Shown piece after piece: positions 58,028 through 64,000 of a stretch of 64,000 bases of DNA. Position 1 is the first letter of the stretch; every line of letters begins with the position of its first letter. Made by a program: the position numbers and the translations under genes. The stretch comes from Clostridia bacterium. GTDB taxonomy: Bacteria; Bacillota; Clostridia; Christensenellales; CAG-138. The stretch is taken from positions 21,143 to 85,142 of the forward strand of contig JAFPWD010000004.1 of NCBI GenBank assembly GCA_017395105.1, in the 5' to 3' direction. Below the pieces are notes generated by a model. It had not been told where the DNA came from. It saw only the letters and a list, made by a program, of their open reading frames with translations, and did no database searches.

Positions 58028-59449
58028 TCAGCTAAGCATCGACACTGCATCGGCGATCGTTTTTTCGAGGGCTTCTCGGCCGTATTTATCAACGGCGGCT
58101 TTGTTTTTCTCTCCGTGGGTAAGGTTGCCTGCGCCGCCGATACATCCGCTGATGCAGGCCATGCCTTCGATAAAGTTTGCATCCAGTGCGTTCCTGCTCT
58201 TTCTAAGCAGCGCGGCCTTGCATTCCTCGATGCCGTCGCAAACGCAGGCCTTCAGATCAAAGTCATCGAGCCCCTGCTCCTTTATCGCTTGCACGACTGC
58301 ATCGGAGAGACCGCCGCTTCGTGCGAAGATGCGCCCGAAATAGGATGCGTTGTCGAGCACGCCTTCCTCAAGGGAGGTGAGGTCTATATCCTTGCTGTCA
58401 AACAATGCCTGAAGCTCCTCAAAGGTAATCACGGCATCCACAAAGGGCTTTACCTCCTCGAGCCTTGCCTCCGCTTTCTTAGCGGTGCAGGGTCCGATGA
58501 AAACTATCCTTGCGCTGTCATCATGCTTTTTGATGTACTTTGCAAGTGCAACCATCGGTGAGGGATTGTGTGAGATATGCTCCGCAAGCTCTGGAAAAGC
58601 GGTTTTGACGTATTTTACGAACGCAGGGCAGCATGAGCTGGTCAAAAAGCCCTTTTGTACAAGCTCTCTGGATTCCTCCTGCGCCACTATATCCGCGCCG
58701 AGAGCGACCTCGATCGTGGTATAGAAGCCGAGCTCCTTTATTCCCGTGATGATCTGCCCGAGCTTTGCGTAGGTCATCTGACTGCCCACGGCGGGGGCGA
58801 CAAGCGCATAAACCTTGTACTTGGTGTTGTTCTCGCTGCGCTTGAGCATATCGATAACGTTGATTATGAAGGAACGATCCGATATCGCACCGAAGGGACA
58901 TTGATACACGCATGCGCCGCAGGCGATGCATTTTTCGTCGTCGATCCTCGCCGCATTGTCATCGTTTATGTCGATGGCCTTTATCTTGCATGCGACCTGG
59001 CAGGGGCGCTTGAGGTTGACGATCGCACTGTACGGACAAACCTTTGCACACATGCCGCATTCAACGCATTTTGTTTTATCGATATGTGCCTCGTGCTTAT
59101 GATTAAAGGAGATAGCGCCTCGCCTGCACGATGCTTCGCAGCGATGCGCAAGGCAGCCCCTGCAGGAAGCAGTGACCTGGTATCCGACTGCGGGGCAGTC
59201 ATCGCAGGCGATGTCGATGACCTGTATCACGTTGGAGCCGGTGCCGCCGCCCATAGCGAGCTTCACTCGCTCTGCAAGGATGGCCTGCTCCTTGTATACG
59301 CAGCAGCGAATCTCAGGAACCTTGCCGGGGGCGATGATCTTGGGTATGTCCATAACACTTTCCATAAGCGTATCGCCCCATGCCCTTCGCGCGACCTCGC
59401 GCAGCACCCTGTACTTGAGCTCTTGAACCTTTGTGTCGAACTTATGCAT
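58028..59449 (-). CDS. [FeFe]-hydrogenase, HydA2-like (ferredoxin-type clusters plus H-domain)
   Basis: Fe-S motifs CVECGMCAKVCP and CIACGACVYQCP. H-cluster motifs are TSSCCPAF (L1), GPCTAKKAEA (L2) and EGMACISGCIGGAGN (L3). ATG 59449 follows GAGGTG. Confidence 0.85.
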   Translation of the reverse strand: MHKFDTKVQELKYRVLREVARRAWGDTLMESVMDIPKIIAPGKVPEIRCCVYKEQAILAERVKLAMGGGTGSNVIQVIDIACDDCPAVGYQVTASCRGCLAHRCEASCRRGAISFNHKHEAHIDKTKCVECGMCAKVCPYSAIVNLKRPCQVACKIKAIDINDDNAARIDDEKCIACGACVYQCPFGAISDRSFIINVIDMLKRSENNTKYKVYALVAPAVGSQMTYAKLGQIITGIKELGFYTTIEVALGADIVAQEESRELVQKGFLTSSCCPAFVKYVKTAFPELAEHISHNPSPMVALAKYIKKHDDSARIVFIGPCTAKKAEARLEEVKPFVDAVITFEELQALFDSKDIDLTSLEEGVLDNASYFGRIFARSGGLSDAVVQAIKEQGLDDFDLKACVCDGIEECKAALLRKSRNALDANFIEGMACISGCIGGAGNLTHGEKNKAAVDKYGREALEKTIADAVSMLS

Positions 59450-59457
59450 ATTGCACC

Positions 59458-60633
59458 TCAAAAATAGCTTACCTTGATGCGTTTTCCCATCCGCTTGAGC
59501 GCCTCGCTCAGCTCCTGTACCAGATTCATTTTAATATTGAAGTTGATGGGAAGATCCGGGTTCTGATGCGCCGGATTCATAGCCCTGCCAACGTAGAAAT
59601 TGATGTCCGTCGCTTCCTCAAACAGCAGCCTGCATATCTGGCAAGCGCCGTCCTTGCCGATGCTCCATTTTTCATAGAGCCTGTTTTCGCCAACACAGTC
59701 CTCGGCATAGCTTATGACCTTGCTCATCGTAACAACGCCCTCGGTCACAAGATCCACGCCCTCAATATGCGCCGTCGGAGGCACGTCGCTGTCCTTGTCG
59801 TAGCCGATGCTTACGTCGAGCGGCTTGCCGAGCCAGCCCGCAGCGATCGTGGAGGTAGTTCCGCCGCAGATGATATGCTTGCCCTGCTTGGAGAAGAAAA
59901 GGCTCATCATGCGGTCGCAGTCGTCCCTGTTGGACGGGGGGCCGAACAGCAGGTTCATCGGTGCGCGCTTTCTTATGCGGATAACGCAGGCCGTTGCATC
60001 GTCACCGGGAAGGCCGCCGTAAAGCTTATAGCATTCATCCACGAGCATTGCGGCAAGCGTTTTCGCGCTGTACCCGATGGGTGCGAGCATCTCAACGAAT
60101 TTTGCGATGTCCTCGCGCTTCCAGCCGAAGTTGTACGCTTCGCCGATGCCCGCATGGGGGCATCCATCGCTCATAGCGGTAAAGATATCGCCGTCGCGAA
60201 GGCGGATGACCGATTTGACGATGGTCTTGCCGCCGATGCTGAGCTCGCTCCTCGGATAATCGTAGACCTTGCCTTCGCGAAGCATTATCACGCTCGGATT
60301 GTCGTATTCGATGATCTCGGCAACGCTGTTATGAAGTAGCCTTATGATCGTGAAGGTGGAGTAGGCCACGCCGCGCACCGAGCAAACGGGGAGCGTTTGG
60401 GCTATCGTAGAAACACATTCCTCGATCGACAGCCCGTTCGCCATCATGGTTGAGATGATCTTCGAGGTCAGCGTTGAAAGTATACTCGCTTTCACGCCGC
60501 TTCCAAGGCCGTCCGCAAGCACGGCAACGGTGGAATCCTCGTCGAACTCGCTTACCTCAACGTGGTCGCCGCAGAGCTGCTCCCCGAAATGATTTATGCT
60601 TTTGTAGCCGATATCGGCGCAAAGGTCATTCAT
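59458..60633 (-). CDS. PP2C/SpoIIE-family serine phosphatase with C-terminal domain of unknown function
   Basis: GEQLCGDHVEV...AVLADGLGSGVKASILS is a PPM metal-binding pattern, and a later MSDG is present. The start ATG overlaps the hydS stop (ATGAATGA). Confidence 0.8.
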   Translation of the reverse strand: MNDLCADIGYKSINHFGEQLCGDHVEVSEFDEDSTVAVLADGLGSGVKASILSTLTSKIISTMMANGLSIEECVSTIAQTLPVCSVRGVAYSTFTIIRLLHNSVAEIIEYDNPSVIMLREGKVYDYPRSELSIGGKTIVKSVIRLRDGDIFTAMSDGCPHAGIGEAYNFGWKREDIAKFVEMLAPIGYSAKTLAAMLVDECYKLYGGLPGDDATACVIRIRKRAPMNLLFGPPSNRDDCDRMMSLFFSKQGKHIICGGTTSTIAAGWLGKPLDVSIGYDKDSDVPPTAHIEGVDLVTEGVVTMSKVISYAEDCVGENRLYEKWSIGKDGACQICRLLFEEATDINFYVGRAMNPAHQNPDLPINFNIKMNLVQELSEALKRMGKRIKVSYF

Positions 60634-62302
60634 TGGAAATCGACTCCTTAAGTTTTGCAAGCGCGATCTTCGTTTCGGCCGCGGTTTCGCCAAGAAGCGA
60701 TGCTATCTCCTGAACGATGCGCATCTGCTTGTCAACTACGCGGTCGGCAACTTCAACGGTCTGTCGGCTGATATCCTCCTTGCGGCGGCGCTCGGCTTCC
60801 TCGTTTGAAACGTCGCGCATAATGCAAAGGAGCATCCTGCCCTCATCGGTCGGAACGACCGTCCGCTCAACGAAGCGATCGTATTCCGCTAGGTACACGC
60901 GCTCGTTCGATACGGCGCGCTTGGTTGAAAGCACCTTGGAGAATACCGTGGGATCGAGTATGCGCACAACGCTGTCGCCGAGGATATCCGATGCCGAGCG
61001 CAGCGAGACCATTTTGAGAGCGGAGGAGTTTATCTGCTGCACCTCGAGCTTATCGTTTACAACGATTATCGCGTTCGGAGTGTTGTTTACGATGGACGAT
61101 GAGAAATTTTCCACCCTGTCCTTCAAAAACGGCAGACACATTGATTTTTCGGCCTTGCCCTGATAGATGGCTATCGCCTTGTCGCGGCAGGTGTTGTAGC
61201 CGCAGGAGCCGCAGTTGAGCTCGTGCTCGGGCTTGAATTTATCCATCTCGCGAAGGATAGCGCGGATCTCATCCTCGCTCGGAAGCTTCGAGCGCCGCTC
61301 GAATGCGTTGTGCTGCTTTTTAAGATAGTGCAGCTTCGGCTGCTCGGTTATGAAATCCTCGCTGCCCGCGTATTTTGCCACGGACATATAGTCGCGAACG
61401 GGGCTTCTGTGGTATTTTTCCATCACGGGGCCGCCGATGCAGCTTCCCACGCAAGCGGACATCTCTATAAAGCATTTATTGAGCTTGCCCGTTCTAACGT
61501 CGTTCAGCGCCGCGATGCAGTTGTCGATGCCGTCGAGCGCAATATAGGCGTAGTCCTTTGCGGCGCAGTCCATGCTCTTGAGTATGCCGCCGGTGGTAGG
61601 GAAGAAGCGCGCCTTGCTGTTTTCATCCGCATCGGAAGATTTCTCGGGCTCTATCCCCGCCGCCTTGAGCATTGCTGTCAGCTCCTCGAAGGTCAGTGCG
61701 GCATCCACAAGCCCGTCGCTCTGCTCCGCCTCGTCCTTCTTGGCAACGCAGGGACCGATGAAAACGGTCTTTGCGTTTTTGATGCGGCGCTTTATATCCA
61801 TCGAATGCGCCTGCATGGGGGAGAGAACGTCCGCAAGATACGGCAGAAGCTCGGGATAATACTTCTCTATCAGCAGGTTTATCGAGTGGCAGCAGGAGGA
61901 GATCACGATATCGTGGTTCTCCTCGGCGAGCATTCGATCATACTCGCGCTTGACCTGTGTTGCGCCGATCGCTGTCTCCTCGGCATCGTAAAAGCCGAGC
62001 TTTTTGAGCGCATCGCGCATGGACTCTATGCCAATGCCGTCGTAGTTGGCGATGAACGATGGAGCAAGGCTTGCCACAACCGGCTCGCCGCTTTGCAGCA
62101 TCACCTTGACCTTCTCGGTCTCATCCACTATCTGCTTGGCGTTCTGCGGGCAAACCACGAAGCATTGCCCGCAGAGTATGCATTCCTCGCCGATAATATG
62201 CGCCTGCCCCGCCGAGAAGCGGATGGATTTGACGGGGCAGTAGCGGATACATTTATAGCAGTTCTTGCAGTTGGATTTTTTGAGTGTCAAGCATGACCTC
62301 AT
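60626..62302 (-). CDS. hydS: Sensory-type [FeFe]-hydrogenase (HydS / group C) with C-terminal Cx2Cx4Cx16C cluster and PAS domain
   Basis: N-terminal 2x[4Fe-4S] (CKNCYKCIRYCP, CILCGQCFVVCP). H-domain motifs are SSCCHS, GPCVAKKDEAE and EMSACVGSCIGGP. It continues with NCGSCGYNTCRDKAIAIYQGKAEKSMC, a PAS-like region and a C-terminal coiled tail. Confidence 0.85.
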   Translation of the reverse strand: MRSCLTLKKSNCKNCYKCIRYCPVKSIRFSAGQAHIIGEECILCGQCFVVCPQNAKQIVDETEKVKVMLQSGEPVVASLAPSFIANYDGIGIESMRDALKKLGFYDAEETAIGATQVKREYDRMLAEENHDIVISSCCHSINLLIEKYYPELLPYLADVLSPMQAHSMDIKRRIKNAKTVFIGPCVAKKDEAEQSDGLVDAALTFEELTAMLKAAGIEPEKSSDADENSKARFFPTTGGILKSMDCAAKDYAYIALDGIDNCIAALNDVRTGKLNKCFIEMSACVGSCIGGPVMEKYHRSPVRDYMSVAKYAGSEDFITEQPKLHYLKKQHNAFERRSKLPSEDEIRAILREMDKFKPEHELNCGSCGYNTCRDKAIAIYQGKAEKSMCLPFLKDRVENFSSSIVNNTPNAIIVVNDKLEVQQINSSALKMVSLRSASDILGDSVVRILDPTVFSKVLSTKRAVSNERVYLAEYDRFVERTVVPTDEGRMLLCIMRDVSNEEAERRRKEDISRQTVEVADRVVDKQMRIVQEIASLLGETAAETKIALAKLKESISNE

Positions 62303-62316
62303 ATTACCACCCGCCT

Positions 62317-62562
62317 TCAGCCGAGCAGCTTGGCCTTCACGTTTGTTTCAAAGAAGTCGTTGACGGTCTCGGGACTGACGGAGAAGAACTCGCCGTCCAC
62401 CGTGACACATACGCCCTGCTGGCATTTGCCCATGCAGAAGGTGCCGCCGAGCTCGATGCGGCTGCCGAGATCGTTCTCGCGAACGAGGTACTGGAGCTGC
62501 TCCACGACCTGCCTGGAGCCCTTGATGTGGCAGGATGAACCGATGCAAACTGTGATCTTCAT
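62317..62562 (-). CDS. Thioredoxin-like [2Fe-2S] ferredoxin (NuoE/HndA-like small protein)
   Basis: 81 aa with CIGSSCH...CMGKC, giving the four-Cys spacing typical of the thioredoxin-like 2Fe-2S fold. Confidence 0.75.
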   Translation of the reverse strand: MKITVCIGSSCHIKGSRQVVEQLQYLVRENDLGSRIELGGTFCMGKCQQGVCVTVDGEFFSVSPETVNDFFETNVKAKLLG

Positions 62563-62581
62563 TTTTATATCCTCCTAAAAA

Positions 62582-63331
62582 TCAGCTGTAATCCGCGATA
62601 TTTACCCAATCCATCAGGAATTCCTTTTCCTGAGGAACGCCTTTTTCAAGCCTCGCCGCCGCAGCGATCGGCATCCATTTCTGAACGATCTGCTTCGGGG
62701 TGTCGCTCTTTTCGCAATAGAGCTCGAGGTATCTCTCAGCCGTTGCGAAATCGCCCTTCATGTAGAACAGCAGATAGGTCTGCGCCGCATCTGCAGCAGG
62801 GCAGCCCTTCGCCGCGTGCGACCAGTCGATGATATAGGCTTCGCCGCTATTGGCAATTATGACGTTGGCGGGGTAGAAGTCGCCGTGCAAAAGCTTATCG
62901 TCCTTGGGCAGAGAGTTGAGCCTCGTGTGCAGGTCGTAACGAATGGTTGCGTTAAGATCCGTGCCGTCTATGCGCTCGTGCATCCTCTCGCGAAGCCTCG
63001 TGAGCGCGGGGCATTTCTTTTCGGATACCTTGAGCTGGATATCCACGAACCTATTTAGGTATTCGTCCTTTTTCTCCTCGTCCTCAAGCATAAGCTGCTC
63101 GAGCGTTTTGCCGACGACGTAGTCGGTAACGAGCGTCCACTTGCCGTCGATCGAAACGACCTCGAGAACCTTGGGAACGTTCAGTCCGGTGGCTTCGACC
63201 CTTGCCTGATTGAGCGCCGCATCGAGCACCTCCCATTTGGGATGGCTTTCGTTGTACACCTTCAGGCAGCGGTCGCCGTCGCGGTAGATGGTCTTGGTGT
63301 TGCGAACTGCGATAACGCGATCGAGATTCAT
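62582..63331 (-). CDS. Protein-kinase-fold enzyme of the aminoglycoside-phosphotransferase/choline-kinase family
   Basis: Catalytic loop HGDFYPANVII and metal-binding IIDWSHAAKG. 249 aa; GGAGG RBS 13 nt after adhE. Confidence 0.75.
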   Translation of the reverse strand: MNLDRVIAVRNTKTIYRDGDRCLKVYNESHPKWEVLDAALNQARVEATGLNVPKVLEVVSIDGKWTLVTDYVVGKTLEQLMLEDEEKKDEYLNRFVDIQLKVSEKKCPALTRLRERMHERIDGTDLNATIRYDLHTRLNSLPKDDKLLHGDFYPANVIIANSGEAYIIDWSHAAKGCPAADAAQTYLLFYMKGDFATAERYLELYCEKSDTPKQIVQKWMPIAAAARLEKGVPQEKEFLMDWVNIADYS

Positions 63332-63344
63332 AGCCTTTACCTCC

Positions 63345-64000
63345 TTATTTCTTGTTGAGGCCGCTCTTGGCCCTTCTGTACGGAGCCTTGAATTCGTCCT
63401 TCACGGCAACGGGGAGCTGGCTCTCATCCGGCATTTCGGGTTCAACGAAGCTCCTGCCGTAATAGGCATTCAGATACATCTGCTTTATCTCGCTCATCAG
63501 CGGATAACGCGGGTTCGCTCCGGTGCACTGATCGTCGAACGCCTGCTCCACCATATCGTCGAGCCTTGCAAGGAAATCCTTTTCATCGGAGATATATTCT
63601 CCGATCTTAGACTTGATTCCGACCTTCGCCTTCAGCTCGTCGAGTCCGGCGATCAGGCTTTCAAGCTTCTCGGCATCACTCGAACCGCCGAATCCGAGAT
63701 AATCCGCAACCTCGGCATACCTTGCAAGCGTATGCGGATGATCGTACTGCGAGAATGTGCCCATCTTGACGGGCCTCTCCGCCGCATTGAACCTCAGCAC
63801 CTCGTCGATCATCAGCGCGTTTGCAACGCCGTGCGGCAGGTGGTGGAACGCGCCGAGCTTATGGGCCATAGAGTGGCACACTCCGAGGAAGGCGTTTGCA
63901 AAAGCCATGCCCGCCATCGTTGCGGCGTTCGCCATCTTTTCGCGCGCCTCCACGTCGGTCTGTCCGTTTTCATAGGCGCGGGGCAGGTACTCGAATATGG
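63345..64000 (-). CDS. adhE: Iron-containing alcohol dehydrogenase domain, C-terminal part (most likely bifunctional aldehyde/alcohol dehydrogenase AdhE); 5' end outside the window
   Basis: The frame is open to the window edge (IFEYLPRAYENGQTDVEAREKMANAATMAGMAFANAFLGVCHSMAHKLGAFHHLPHGVANA). This is a Fe-ADH histidine motif with an AdhE-like C-terminal tail. Confidence 0.8.
   Translation of the reverse strand, partial: IFEYLPRAYENGQTDVEAREKMANAATMAGMAFANAFLGVCHSMAHKLGAFHHLPHGVANALMIDEVLRFNAAERPVKMGTFSQYDHPHTLARYAEVADYLGFGGSSDAEKLESLIAGLDELKAKVGIKSKIGEYISDEKDFLARLDDMVEQAFDDQCTGANPRYPLMSEIKQMYLNAYYGRSFVEPEMPDESQLPVAVKDEFKAPYRRAKSGLNKK

Noticed and set aside
58655-62296. Plus-strand ORFs 58655..59467, 59431..60339 and 61223..62296
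   Set aside because: They are antisense to the hydA2-like, PP2C and hydS genes, whose cysteine motifs are diagnostic. The antisense products have no motifs.
1-64000. CRISPR arrays, rRNA genes, transposases, integrases and prophage structural genes
   Set aside because: No regularly spaced repeats and no recombinase or phage-like ORFs were seen on either strand. This absence matters for the islet at 23.25 kb, which must therefore be immobile or mobilised in trans.

Overview
The window is a chromosomal segment from a fairly GC-rich, Gram-positive anaerobe, probably Clostridia of the Oscillospiraceae/Ruminococcaceae type. That placement is inferred from gene content only. Most of the window is housekeeping sequence.

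Main blocks, in order:
- 1-6.8 kb: an Opp/Dpp-type peptide ABC transporter operon.
- About 7.0 kb: tRNA-Thr(GGU).
- 7.3-23.3 kb: a VanW-family gene, rplM-rpsI, an amidohydrolase, an ABC exporter pair, then murB-rapZ-whiA-dnaE-rlmD.
- 23.25-28.1 kb: an accessory patch.
- 28.2-52.6 kb: a MATE pump, lgt, rmuC, a large repeat-module surface protein, tkt, rpsU-yicC-gmk-rpoZ-priA, deoD, a CarD-like regulator, a sirtuin, an aminotransferase with tdh-kbl, an XRE regulator, trpS and serC-serA.
- 52.8-57.5 kb: a sortase-dependent pilus operon.
- 58.0-64.0 kb: a six-gene operon, adhE, APH-fold kinase, 2Fe-2S protein, PAS-containing sensory [FeFe]-hydrogenase (HydS type), PP2C phosphatase and a HydA2-like [FeFe]-hydrogenase.

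The most unusual locus begins inside the 3' end of rlmD/rumA. The composition switches abruptly to AT-rich DNA, and a 24-nt core of the rlmD C-terminal coding sequence recurs 970 bp downstream (21/24 identical). The two copies bracket a recombinase-less islet whose only gene encodes an orphan tandem-TIR protein. This is a candidate minimal anti-phage or NADase module with no recognisable partner. Downstream of it are a small unknown gene, a GNAT gene remnant, an ORF with an in-frame stop, and an assortment of HD, Zn-ribbon, nucleotidyltransferase and GNAT genes.

Other points of note are an OppC-type permease with a roughly 430-450-residue extracytoplasmic insertion, and a pilin with a non-canonical SPPTG sorting motif.

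No CRISPR array, rRNA gene, transposase or integrase was seen. All functional calls rest on motifs and family resemblance read by eye. No database search, folding or alignment could be run.
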